A stretch of 64,000 bases of DNA, from positions 33,232,001-33,296,000 of the forward strand of contig NC_091285.1 of the NCBI RefSeq assembly GCF_032444005.1. Reading direction: 5' to 3'. The position numbers and the translations under genes were made by a program. The stretch is from Ranitomeya imitator. Taxonomy: Eukaryota. The notes under the pieces are model-generated. The model was not told where the DNA came from and searched no databases. It worked only from the letters and a program-made list of their open reading frames with translations. Positions 35,994-47,958 of the stretch are shown here, piece by piece (the stretch's first letter is position 1; each line of letters starts with the position of its first letter).

Positions 35994-36866
35994 ACATATA
36001 TATATATATATATATATATTTAATTCAGCGCTAGATAGCAGAGAAGCCATTAATTCAATTGCCGGCTTTTGCTATCTCCTTCCTAAACCCGACATGATAT
36101 GAGACATGGTTTACATACAGTAAACCATCTCATATCCCTTCTTTTATTACATATTTCTCTTTAGTAATGGATGAAGTTTCTGTGTGTAAAATTTGGGGTC
36201 TCTAGCTATTAAATTAAAGGGTTAAATCCCGGAATAAATTGGCGTGGGCTCCCGCGCAATTTTCTCCGCCAGAGTAGTAAAGCCAGTGACTGAGGGCAGA
36301 TATTAATAGCCTGGAGAGGGTCCACGGTTATTGCCCCCCCCCCCCCCCCCCTGGCTAAAAACATCTGCCCCCAGCCACCCCAGAAAAGGCACATCTGGAA
36401 GATGCGCCTATTCTGGCACTTACCCTCTCTCTTCCCATTCCCGTGTAGCGGTGGGATATGGGGATATACGGATGACACATGGATAAATTTGTGCGCAAAA
36501 ATTGCATCCATTATATATAACGTATATATTTTTTATTTTTAATGATATTTATTTTATTTGAAAAATAAAGGGAACCACCTGTCGGAAACTTCTACGCCCA
36601 TTAAAAGATAAGTTGCTCCGAGTCCCTTATTCCACACAGACTGGAGCGAAGTACAAAAAATGCCAGCAATTGTCTTGCTGCAAGGACCAACGAGCAACGT
36701 AAAAGGATCAAACCGTTTAAATGCCGCAGCCAGTGATGGACAGTGGCGTCTAAAGGGGTTCACAAGCCATGACGGGCGATGGCCGGGTTTTTTGGGGGGG
36801 TTTCTCAGATAGGATGTGTGAAAGGCTGAAATGTCCTCACGCTGCGCCACGTACGGGCGGTCTCAC

Positions 36867-37197
36867 CTGACGCGGCAGGAGGTAGCGTGAGGGGGACATT
36901 TTCGGTCTCAAGCTTCACCAATGGCTCCATCACTAGAGGGTCGGACGCGCTCCCAAATGATGGGAAGAGGGGAAGGTGGGCTTGTATCCTCGGGGGAAGA
37001 GTCACGGGAAGTGTTAGGTGTTCGGCCAGACCCACGGTCAGATCCTGGTCTAGGGTCTCGCCGATCCCCCCGGATTGTAGGTCACAAGAGTCCATGGCGC
37101 TTTGGACGATGTCCGCACTGTAGGTTGGGGAGTTCTTTTCTGATTTTATAGAACATAAGGGGAAGTCTTTCCTGTTTTGGTCTCTTTTGCTCTCCAT
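36867..37197 (-). CDS. SOX30: SOX30 exon 1 (coding part)
   Basis: ATG 37197, donor TCAG|GTGAGA (phase 1); MEPLVKLETENVPLTLPPAAS|G matches human LLEPSVKIETKDVPLTVLPSDA|G; upstream in-frame TAG; five exons sum to 1443 nt = 480 aa + stop. Confidence 0.85.
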
Positions 37198-37324
37198 GTT
37201 GGTTCCTCTGCAGGTGACCAGCTCTGCCTCTGTGCTGTCTGTATCACCACCACTCCTCTTTACAGCACAGATGTTATCTGTCTTCTTTCCATCACTAATG
37301 TCCTCCTAACCAAAACGGTCTTAA

Positions 37325-37445
37325 CCGCATTTAAACAGTAAATGCACGCCTCCTAGCAGCCTAGCGTTCATATTGGCTCTGCGAGACGTCCATCATCTCT
37401 GCCACCCAATAGGAGGGCAGAACGCGAGCAGGCCACGCCCCCATA
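37325..37445 (-). promoter_or_regulatory. Putative SOX30 promoter: TTTAAA, two CCAAT boxes, GC box
   Basis: TTTAAA ~37330-37335, ATTGG 37372-37376, CCAAT 37406-37410, CCACGCCCCC 37433-37442; CpG-rich. Confidence 0.55.
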
Positions 37446-37689
37446 CTGAACTGTCCATTATCTACCGCACCACTCGGACCAGTGAACGCCGGCGCGCATG
37501 AAGGGAAAATGGGCGGAGCTACGAGTCTTCGCTCCGCGCTCACTGCGGAGTCACCAAATTCAGTTACCATGGAGACCCCTTATCATTTCCCTCATAAACT
37601 GTGTCCCAAGCCTATAACACATCAGTATGTGTCACCACTCACCATACACCACTGGCACCAGTACAGCCTGGCACTGTAAGAAAGCCAAA

Positions 37690-38210
37690 TGGCTAGATAC
37701 AGTATATAGACTATATACCCACATATACATACAGTATGTAGACTATATACCCACATATATATACAGTATGTAGACTATATACCCACACATATATGTATAT
37801 ATATACACAGTATATAGACTATGTACCCACATATACATACAGTATGTAGACTATATACCCACATATATATACAGTATGTAGACTATATACCCACATATAT
37901 ATACAGTATGTAGACTATATACCCACATATATATACAGTATGTAGACTATATACCCACATATATATACAGTATGTAGACTATATACCCACATATACATAC
38001 AGTATGTAGACTATATACCCACATATATATACAGTATGTAGACTATATACCCACATATATATACAGTATGTAGACTATATACCCACATATATATACAGTA
38101 TATAGACTATGTACCCACATATACATACAGTATGTAGACTATATACCCACATATATATACAGTATGTAGACTATATACCCACATATACATACAGTATGTA
38201 GACTATATAC

Positions 38211-38264
<54 letters not shown>

Positions 38265-38330
38265 TACATACCCACATATATACAGTATATAGACTATATA
38301 CCCACATATATACAGTATATATACACACAT
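37690..38330. repeat. ~32-bp minisatellite (CAGTATGTAGACTATATACCCACATATATA)n with (TA)n
   Basis: About 18 tandem units directly before Tc1 copy B. Confidence 0.95.
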
Positions 38331-38331
38331 A

Positions 38332-39938
38332 CAGTGGGGAAAAAAAGTATTTAGTCAGTCAGCAATAGTGCAAGTTCCACCACTTAAAAAGATGAGAGGC
38401 GTCTGTAATTTACATCATAGGTAGACCTCAACTATGGGAGACAAACTGAGAAAAAAAAATCCAGAAAATCACATTGTCTGTTTTTTTAACAATTTATTTG
38501 CATATTATGGTGGAAAATAAGTATTTGGTCAGAAACAAACAATCAAGATTTCTGGCTCTCACAGACCTGTAACTTCTTTTTTAAGAGTCTCCTCTTTCCT
38601 CCACTCATTACCTGTAGTAATGGCACCTGTTTAAACTTGTTATCAGTATAAAAAGACACCTGTGCACACCCTCAAACAGTCTGACTCCAAACTCCACTAT
38701 GGTGAAGACCAAAGAGCTGTCAAAGGACACCAGAAACAAAATTGTAGCCCTGCACCAGGCTGGGAAGACTGAATCTGCAATAGCCAACCAGCTTGGAGTG
38801 AAGAAATCAACAGTGGGAGCAATAATTAGAAAATGGAAGACATACAAGACCACTGATAATCTCCCTCGATCTGGGGCTCCACGCAAAATCCCACCCCGTG
38901 GGGTCAGAATGATCACAAGAACGGTGAGCAAAAATCCCAGAACCACGCGGGGGGACCTAGTGAATGAACTGCAGAGAGCTGGGACCAATGTAACAAGGCC
39001 TACCATAAGTAACACACTACGCCACCATGGACTCAGATCCTGCAGTGCCAGACGTGTCCCACTGCTTAAGTCAGTACATGTCCGGGCCCGTCTAAAGTTT
39101 GCTAGAGAGCATTTGGATGATCCAGAGGAGTTTTGGGAGAATGTCCCATGGTCTGATGACACCAAACTGGAACTGTTTGGTAGAAACACAACTTGTCGTG
39201 TTTGGAGGAAAAAGAATACTGAGTTGCATCCATCAAACACCATACCTACTGTAAAGCATGGTGGTGGAAACATGATGCTTTGGGGCTGTTTCTCTGCAAA
39301 GGGGCCAGGACGACTGATCCGGGTACATGAAAGAATGAATGGGGCCATGTATCGTGAGATTTTGAGTGCAAACCTCCTTCCATCAGCAAGGGCATTGAAG
39401 ATGAAACGTGGCTGGGTCTTTCAACATGACAATGATCCAAAGCACACCGCCAGGGCAACGAAGGAGTGGCTTCGTAAGAAGCATTTCAAGGTCCTGGAGT
39501 GGCCTAGCCAGTCTCCAGATCTCAACCCTATAGAAAACCTTTGGAGGGAATTGAAAGTCTGTGTTGCCAAGCGAAAAGCCAAAAACATCACTGCTCTAGA
39601 GGAGATCTGCATGGAGGAATGGGCCAACATACCAACAACAGTGTGTGGCAACCTTGTGAAGACTTACAGAAAACGTTTGACCTCTGTCATTGCCAACAAA
39701 GGATATATTACAAAGTATTGAGATGAAATTTTGTTTGTGACCAAATACTTATTTTCCACCATAATATGCAAATAAAATGTTAAAAAAACAGACAATGTGA
39801 TTTTCTGGATTTTTTTTTCTCAGTTTGTCTCCCATAGTTGAGGTCTACCTATGATGTAAATTACAGACGCCTCTCATCTTTTTAAGTGGTGGAACTTGCA
39901 CTATTGCTGACTGACTAAATACTTTTTTTGCCCCACTG
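38332..39938 (+). mobile_element. Tc1/mariner (DD34E) transposon copy B, ~210-bp TIRs, TA TSD
   Basis: TA|CAGTGGGGAAAAAAAGTATTT ... AAATACTTTTTTTGCCCCACTG|TA; 1607 bp; inverted relative to copy A. Confidence 0.97.
38699..39721 (+). CDS. Tc1 transposase, 340 aa, open frame
   Basis: Same protein as copy A with 8 aa differences; [21 protein letters not shown]. Confidence 0.95.
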   Translation: MVKTKELSKDTRNKIVALHQAGKTESAIANQLGVKKSTVGAIIRKWKTYKTTDNLPRSGAPRKIPPRGVRMITRTVSKNPRTTRGDLVNELQRAGTNVTRPTISNTLRHHGLRSCSARRVPLLKSVHVRARLKFAREHLDDPEEFWENVPWSDDTKLELFGRNTTCRVWRKKNTELHPSNTIPTVKHGGGNMMLWGCFSAKGPGRLIRVHERMNGAMYREILSANLLPSARALKMKRGWVFQHDNDPKHTARATKEWLRKKHFKVLEWPSQSPDLNPIENLWRELKVCVAKRKAKNITALEEICMEEWANIPTTVCGNLVKTYRKRLTSVIANKGYITKY

Positions 39939-41745
39939 TATATATGTATATATACAGTATATAGCTCCCTTAGTGTTTTTACGTCCTTTTGTGATTTTTT
40001 ATGGTGGTCCACAGTCTGTCTTGGGGCGTGAGCACCGTGGCTGGTTGTGTTACGGGTGTGGGAACTGTGGATGGGACTAAAACAGAAGGAAACGACTAGG
40101 ACTGTAACATCGGACTGTTTGAAGTTTGTTACCATGGATACACATAGGTCGGTATGGGAGCTGCGGGAAAGACATTTTTAATAATGAAAAGTGGGCTACT
40201 ATTTTTTTTATTGATGGTCTATCCTCAAGATAGGCAATCAGTACCTGATTGGTGGGGGTGCTAAGGATAGGCCATCAATAAAAATGTAATGGCCAACCCG
40301 GCTATATGCGCACGTTGGGGATTTTGATGCATTTACGCGGCGTTTTTGGCCACACGAATTCGCATCAAATCCGCAATGTAGTGCACAGCCAATGTCAGTC
40401 TATGTGAAATTGACATTTGTTGTGCACATGCTGCGGAAAATAACGAGCGGAATCGCAGAGTTTTTTTTCCCCGCAGCATGTCAATTCTTTTGGCGGATCT
40501 GCAGCGTTTCTGCACCCACTGACTTCCATTGAGTCAGGCACATCCACCGCAAAACCGCAGGTGTAGAAAAGATCTGGGGTCTAGCTGCGGATGAAACGCT
40601 GCAGATCGGGAGGGAGTGTGTGGGCGGAGCTATGTGCGTGTATGTGTGTGTGCCGGTTTCTGCGTGAATCTGTGTCTGTGTGCGGGTGTGTGTGCGTGTC
40701 TGTGTAAGGCAGCCATTGTCTGACACAGAACATGCAACATATAACATAGAGTACATACTCACCAACCACCTATTCCCCGAAGCCCTCGATCTCCTGTAAT
40801 AAAAATAACATAATAAACCAACCTATACTTACCTTTCGGCCCATGTCAGCGCTCTACAGGGGCCCCGCGATGAACTGACAGCGGGGGTAGTCCTCCGTGA
40901 TGTATATTCCTCCTCCGCCGCCGCCGGGAGAGAGGTCACTTAAGTTCATTTTGTCGCCGGCAACGCTGTGTGAGAAAATTCCCACGCAGCATTGCCATAA
41001 AGCGAGAGAATGAACTCAGGTAACCTCTTCAGCGATGCACTGCAGGAGCCATTGTCTCCCGTCAGTGCATCACAGGAGGCTTACAGAGCGGTGACATCAC
41101 CCGATGTCCCTGTTCTATAGGGGAGATCGTCGTGGGACACTCGTTATTAATTGGACTACGTCGGACAGGGAGTATACGGTTGGTTTATTTTTTTTTTGCA
41201 GGTGATTGATGGTGGTTGTAAGTATGGTGAAATTAAGAATATTAAAATACTTTTTTTCTGGCTGTGTCTTTTTTAACTCGTTCACTACTATAGGATTAGT
41301 AATGGATAGGCGTCTTATTGACGCCTCTCCATTACTAACCGGGCTTAATGTCACCTTACATTAGCAAGGTGACATTAACTCCTTATTACCCCATATCCCA
41401 CCACTACAGGGGAGTGGGAAGAGAGGGGCTAAGTGCCGGAATTGGTGCCATTTCTGGGGCGGCTGGGAGCTGGTATTTGTAGCTGGGGGGCAATATCCAT
41501 AGCCCCTCTAGGCTATGAATATCAGCCCGCAGCTGTCTGCGTAGCCTTTCTGGTCCCCCTATTTTAATAGCCAGTAAAGGCTATGCAGACAGCTGCCGGC
41601 TGATATTCATAGCCTGGGAAGCTCCATCGTTATTAACCCCTTCCCAGGCTACAAACATCAGCCCCCAGTCGCTGGCTTTCCCACTCTGGACTTGAAAATT
41701 GTGCGGGAGCCCACGCAATTTTTTGTTCCATTTTTTGTAAATTAA

Positions 41746-42075
41746 AGGGAACCTGTCACCCCGAAAATCGCGGGTGAGGTAAGCCCACCGGCATCAGGGG
41801 CTTATCTACAGCATTCTGTAATGCTGTAGATAAGCCCCCGATGTTACCTGAAAGAGGAGAAAAAGAGGTTATATTATACTCACCCAGGGGCGGTCCCGCT
41901 GCTGGTCCGGTCGGATGGGTGTCTCCGGTCCGCTGCGGCGCCTCCCATCTTCATTACAAGACGTCCTCTTCAGGTAACATCGTGGGCTTATCTACAGCAT
42001 TACAGAATGCTGTAGATAAGCCCCTGATGCCGGTGGGCTTACCTCACCTGCGATTTTCGGGGTGACAGGTTCCCT
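41746..42075. mobile_element. TTAA-flanked MITE (T2/Kolobok-like)
   Basis: TTAA|AGGGAACCTGTCACCCCGAAAATCG ... CGATTTTCGGGGTGACAGGTTCCCT|TTAA. Confidence 0.88.
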
Positions 42076-42406
42076 TTAAACAAATATTGCGTTTAAGGCC
42101 GGGGTCACACTTGCAAGAAACTCGCACAAGTCTCGCACCTCAATACCCAGCACCGGTGCTGGCACTTGGGACCCGTGCGAGCGTGCGGCTGAATGTATTT
42201 CTATGTAGCTGAACGATCCGATCCCGAGTGCCGGCGACAGTGCCGAGTATTGAGGTGCAAGACTCGTGCGAGTTTCTTGCAAGTGTGACCCCGGCCAACG
42301 CAGATTTTGTGTGTGTGTGTGTCTTTAACTCTTTAACTACTATTTTATTATGTTTATTACTAAACATCGGGCTTGGTATTATCTATCTATAGATATATCT
42401 ATTTAT

Positions 42407-42566
42407 NNNNNNNNNNNNNNNNNNNNNNNNNNNNNNNNNNNNNNNNNNNNNNNNNNNNNNNNNNNNNNNNNNNNNNNNNNNNNNNNNNNNNNNNNNNNNN
42501 NNNNNNNNNNNNNNNNNNNNNNNNNNNNNNNNNNNNNNNNNNNNNNNNNNNNNNNNNNNNNNNNNN
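42407..42566. other. Assembly gap (N run) within TATC-rich tract
   Basis: 160 N. Confidence 1.
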
Positions 42567-43799
42567 TCTATCTCTCATTCCTTCTATCTATCTATCTATT
42601 ATCTATCTATCTCATTCCTTCTATTATATATCTATTATCTATCATCTATCTATATATCTATCATCTATCTGTGTGTGTAAACATTATTCTTCAATGGTGT
42701 ATGTAAATGAAGAGGTTGGACCAGAAAAGACATCACAATTCTTTTTTTTTTGTTCAATAATAGGTCTTTATTCAGCTTTCAAAAACGCATACAAATCTGC
42801 ATAAAAAAAAAATGCATTAAAAAAACGCATCAAATCCACACCTGCTTTTTCTGGCAAGAGAGGAAGAATCTGCACAGAAAATTCCATAGTCAAATCTGCA
42901 AGATGTGCACATACCCAAAGGCTATACAAGCTGCTGATCTCCCTAATTGATGTAGCGCTGCAGACAAAACAACAGAGACCCGGTTGCTGCTGGGCCCAAC
43001 GCAGATCTCTGCTGGCACAGAGCAGTCACAGTCCGCTCCTCGTGGAGATCCTGAGGCTTCTGTTCTGGTGACTGCCGATGTCATGCTGATTGACGGCCGG
43101 CTCCCTGCGGTCTAACTGCAGGGAGCCCACTGTCAATCAGCATGACGTTGGCAGTCACAGTCCATTGACAAAGCAGCCCCGAAGAACAGCCGCTCTATGG
43201 ACGTGGAGCAGCTGCAGCATCGGCATCGGGTAGGACAGACAGGTAATTGCCTTTGTTAGCAACTTCCGGCCTTTTTTTACGCCCATCGTAAAAAAAATAT
43301 ATATATATATAATAGTCCTGGACATCCCCTTTAAAGGTGGTAGATAGTTTTAACGATCCCCAGAAATGTCGGCGACCACATGATACCTACACATAGAGAT
43401 CCAGTTCTAAGGGTACGTTCACACTTGGCGTTTTTTTGCAGCTTTTCGGGGGCAGAAAAGAAGCAGCCAAAGCAATGGGTTTCTAGAAATCTGCAAGCGC
43501 TGTTTTTTATTTTTCCCTGACTGAATTTGAGCACTGGAGTTTTTTTTTTTTTTTTTTCAAATCTGCAGCATGTGAATTATTGCAGCGTTTTTGAAGGTTT
43601 TCTTTTTTTTTTACCCTAATGAAAAATTCTGAAACACTGTGAAAAAAAAATAAAAAATAAAAAAAATAAAACACAGCAGTAAACATTTTTGTTGTTTTTA
43701 TTTTTTTGGGTGAATAAAAGTAACTTGATTAACGTGCTGTAAAAAAAAAATAAAAATCACATATAATACTAATAAAACACACACAGCACTAGTATCAGC

Positions 43800-43930
43800 G
43801 TCACGTGACCCCCGCGTTCCTCCAGAAAACCATAGAGTGAGAGCCAATGGGTCTTGTGCGGCTCTGTCACCATAGAGACGTCTCCGCCGCCACCAGCTTC
43901 TTCTTTCTTCCATTCCACTTCCGCTTCCGG
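43800..43930 (+). promoter_or_regulatory. THG1L promoter: GTCACGTGAC E-box, CCAAT, tandem ETS sites
   Basis: GTCACGTGAC 43800-43809, CCAAT 43844-43848, ACTTCCGCTTCCGG 43917-43930; CpG-rich. Confidence 0.65.
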
Positions 43931-43932
43931 TA

Positions 43933-44105
43933 ATGCTAAAGCGTGCTTTGCTTTTGGTGAAGGATTCGCGGTCACCGGCTAATTATCGGCAGAGGCGAGA
44001 AATGGCGAAGAGTAAGTTTGAGTACGTGAGGGATTTCGAGGTGCCGGACACGTGTCTGCCCAACTGCTGGGCGGTGGTGAGAGTGGACGGCAGGAACTTC
44101 CACAG
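43933..44105 (+). CDS. THG1L: THG1L exon 1 (tRNA-His guanylyltransferase 1-like)
   Basis: In-frame ATG 43933 ([23 protein letters not shown]) then ATG 44002 [35 protein letters not shown]; donor CACAG|GTGAGG. Confidence 0.93.
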
Positions 44106-44830
44106 GTGAGGAGGTCACGTGACCCGCTGCTGTACGTCACGGGTCGTGTGTGATGTCATGCTGGCAGTTGTGTGTCATACTAAATGGGGGGGAGGGCTGC
44201 AGCTTGGTGCAAAACTACAACTCCCAGCATGCCTCATGCTCTCAGTCCATGCTGGGGATTGCAGTGTGACAGTGAAGGAGTCGCACAATTTTATTTTTAG
44301 ACGCTTGCTGCCATAAGCCCATATTTTTTTTAAGTTTGGTGTTTTGGTTTATTTTTTTCATAAAAATTTCCTTCGCCAGGTTTCTTTTTTTATGTTCCTT
44401 TTTTTTTTTTTTTTAACCCCTTCATGACTGGAGCTTTTTTTTTTTGTTTGTTTTGTTTTTTTGTTTCGTTTTTCGCTCCCCTCCTTCCCAGAGCCATAAC
44501 TATTTTTTTTTTTATTTTTCCATCAATATGGCCATGTGAGGGCTTGTTTTTCGCGGGACGAGTTTTATTTTTGAACGACACCGTTGGTTTTACCATGTCG
44601 TGTACTCTAAACCGGGGGGGAAAAAAATCCAAGTATGGTGAAATTGCCAAAAAAAAAAAGTGCAATATCATGCGTGTTTTTTGTTTGGCTTTTTTGCTAG
44701 CTTCACTGAATGCTAGAACTGAGCTGCCGTTGTGATTCTCCGGGTCATTACGAGTTCATAGACACCAAACATGTCTAGGTTATTTTTTTTTTTTTTGTAT
44801 GTAAGTGGTGAAAAAAATTCAGAAGTTTGC

Positions 44831-44867
<37 letters not shown>

Positions 44868-45953
44868 CGCCATTTTCCGATACCCGCAGCGTCTCCATTT
44901 TTCGTGATCTGGGGTCAGGTGAGGGTTTATTTTTTGCGTGCCGATCTGACGTTTTTAATGATACCGCTTTTGTTCAGATACGTTCTTTTAATCGCCCGTT
45001 ATTGCATTTTAATGCAATGTCGCGGCAACCAAAAAAATGTAATTCTGGCGTTTTAACTTTTTTCCTCTCTACGCCGTTTAGCGATCAGGTTAATCCGTTT
45101 TTTTATTGATAGATCGGGCGATTCTGAACTTGGCGATACCAAATATGTGTAGGTTTGATTTTATTTTTGTTTTGTTTTGAATGGGGCGAAAGGGGCTGAT
45201 TTGAACTTTGTTTTTTTTTTTTGTTTTGTTTTTTTTTCATATTTTTAAAAGCATTTTTCTTTACTTTTGGCATGTTTCAGTAGCCTCCATGGAAGATTAC
45301 AAGCTGGCACACCTCGATCGGCTCTGCTACATAGAGGCGATGCTCAGATCGCCCCTATGTAGCAGAATTACTGCATTGCTATGAGCGCCGACCACAGGGT
45401 GGCGCTCATAGCAATATGGCATCAACAACCATAGAGGTCTCCGACCTCTGATTGTCGTGCCGACGCACCGATGACGTGAAGGAGTCAGCGGACCCCCAGC
45501 TGTCATGACAACCCATTGGCGCCTCTCTTGTCACGTCATGGGCAAAGATGATACCAAATGGGAACAAAATAATACGGTATACATAAAATAGAAAAGCTAA
45601 ACAGAAGAACTGTACTAAACCTGATGTGACAAGGTTGGCTTTTATTTAGGGGAGCGCTTTGTTTTTTTTTGAGGGGGGTGGGGGGTTAACTGACAGAACT
45701 AGTGTGTGTTATGTCTCCCAGGACTGACACTGATCACAGTTCGGTATTTGCTTTTATTAGCACACGCCACATCCACATACCCGTCACCCCCGCAGATTAA
45801 TAACAGGGCTAGTCAGATATGTGGCTATTCTTTTTAGAAAATGATGGGGTCCCCCAGCTTCGATGATCTCTGCAGCCCCCCTGGAGGTCCCAGGTGGGAG
45901 ATATTACTGTCATGTTTACTTCTATCCTATTCTAATATTTGTCTTTCTTTCAG

Positions 45954-46130
45954 ATTCTCTGAGCAGCACAAGTTCACCAAACCCAACGATCTCCGGGCTC
46001 TGCTGCTCATGAACCGCTGTGCCGAGACCGTGATGGAAGAAATCAAAGACATCTGCCTGGCGTACGGGCAAAGCGATGAATACAGTTTTGTCTTCCACAA
46101 GAAATCCAACTGGTACAAGCGTCGGGCGAG
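45954..46130 (+). CDS. THG1L: THG1L exon 2
   Basis: Acceptor TCTTTCTTTCAG; [12 protein letters not shown]...[23 protein letters not shown]; 177 nt; donor AG|GTCGGT. Confidence 0.95.
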
Positions 46131-46391
46131 GTCGGTGAACTCCTGTGATTTTTTTTTTTTTTTTTTTTTTTTCTTTCTTCCTAGTGACTCACAATCTGGG
46201 TAATGGTGGAAGGTCGTTCAGGATCCATCCCTTCATGAGATATGTATCCCTCAGTAATAAAACAAAAAACTTTGGATGACCCATCTAATAGTGATATTGG
46301 GAAGATGTCTTTTGCATACTATGTTCATTTACCACATCAGACTTGTCACAATAGTGAATTTCTTCTTTTTTTTTTCCCCCCATTTTGTAAG

Positions 46392-46561
46392 CAAGTTCAT
46401 CACACACGTGGTCTCGCAGCTTTCCTCCAGTTACGTCTTCTACTGGAACAAATTTTTTCCAGACCAGACGATGCTCTATCCACCAGGATTCGATGGAAGA
46501 GTTGTGTTGTACCCCAGCGTGCAAAACCTGAAGGATTACCTCAGCTGGAGACAAGCGGACT
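46392..46561 (+). CDS. THG1L: THG1L exon 3
   Basis: [19 protein letters not shown]...[13 protein letters not shown]...[11 protein letters not shown]; 170 nt; donor T|GTAAGT. Confidence 0.95.
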
Positions 46562-47869
46562 GTAAGTGTTAGCAAATTCCCGAAAAGCATGTAAATCCCA
46601 AAAATCTGCTATATTAGCAATATCTGGTCCCAGTACTAATGCGCTGCAATATGCAGCAGCCCCAATGATAAAGGCGGGGGGCAGCACAGGTGCAAAATAC
46701 TGATGAGCTGACACCTACTGTTCATAGGGATGGGGGTTGCATAATATTATGGATGCACATGGATGAGGCTTGTAGTGCACCATGTCTGGCTTAAGGCTCA
46801 TTCAGACATCTGAGCTCAGACTGGCCGCAGCTCTCCTGGATTGAGCATGATGGCTTCATATATTTCTATGAAACTGCTATGCTCTGATTGGGAGACCCTC
46901 GACCAGTCCATGCCTGCAGTCCGATTTCGGACCGATTGACGTGTGACGTCCATACTATTAGATCAGATGGGGTCCTGCATTTAAAATTAAAAGCAACTCA
47001 TGACAACAAATTATATAAGGAGAGGTTTTAGAAGTGGTGACCAAACCCTCCCTTCTTCCATAGGATAGGAGAAGGCATAAAGGGGTGGTCCGACATACAA
47101 ATTAATTTTCATCTAAAATCCCTATCTAGTGCCATAATCAAAACTATTTTTCAATCTACATTAATTAGAAATTCTCTATACTTCACAATCTACAAAATCT
47201 AACTGCTTTTTTTCCCCCCCATTTTCTTTTTGATGACACTTTGAGAATCCCCAGTGCATGCTGGGAAACTCAGACAAAGCTTCATCAATGAGGGCAGAGG
47301 CCTCAGTGCCTCACTGCCGCAGTGAAACGAAGAGTCATCAGTGACTTTCATTTCCGGGGTTAGGCTAGTCCATGCGCTATGTGCACAATGACAGTGCGCT
47401 CTCTGTTGCTGGCTCAGGTCAGGAGTAACAAGCCGGTAGGAAAGTGCACTGTGTCAGAATACCCGGCATGCAGAGACCAGCGCCGCAACCGTAATTGATG
47501 CCGGGTAGTCTTAGAACACACACTAACTGCGCTCTGTTGCCGTGTCGTCACTGCTGATCTGAGCCGGCAACAGAGAGCGCACTGTCATTGTGCACATCGC
47601 TCAGGAACTAGCTCAACCGCTAAAATTACTCTGGACGGTGAAAACTGATGGAAACAGAACAATCATTAATAAGATCATTATCCCCTTTGGTTTGTTCTTG
47701 ACAATAGCACCATCTGTAGGCTATAAAAGCATCAAGTACGTTTCTGAAGTTCTGTATCGCCCTAATTCTGCAATCTATAATACATCTGACAAGTTGGATG
47801 CTGCTTTAATTTCACGCAATTAACCCATTAATAGCTTTATTGAGATTGATTCCCATTCTGTGTCTGCAG

Positions 47870-47958
47870 GTCACATCAACAACTTGTACAACACAGTGTT
47901 TTGGGCTCTGGTGCAGCAGAAAGGGTTGACCCCGGCACAGGCTCAGGACCGGCTAAAG
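47870..47958 (+). CDS. THG1L: THG1L exon 4
   Basis: Acceptor TGTCTGCAG; (C)[29 protein letters not shown]; 89 nt; donor AAG|GTGAGC. Confidence 0.95.

Larger units (their letters stand above)
40300..42916. mobile_element. Second copy of the large non-autonomous TIR element family, with nested MITEs and an internal (TATC)-rich gap
   Basis: Starts GGCTATATGCGCACGTTG, ends AGATGTGCACATACCC; shares long blocks with 10410-15128 (e.g. GTGGGACACTCGTTATTAATTGGACTA at ~11600 and ~41135). Confidence 0.55.

Noticed and set aside
29872-36520. Inverted repeat pair (29872-30450 and 36000-36520) around the HMG exon
   Set aside because: Diverged copies of a repeat family also present at ~11750-12250 and ~41280-41700; expected by chance in this repeat-rich genome.
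37198-37305. Open frame upstream of the SOX30 ATG preceded by TTTTGGTTAG, suggesting a further upstream coding exon
   Set aside because: No upstream donor or ATG found and promoter motifs lie immediately 5'; cannot be excluded without transcripts.
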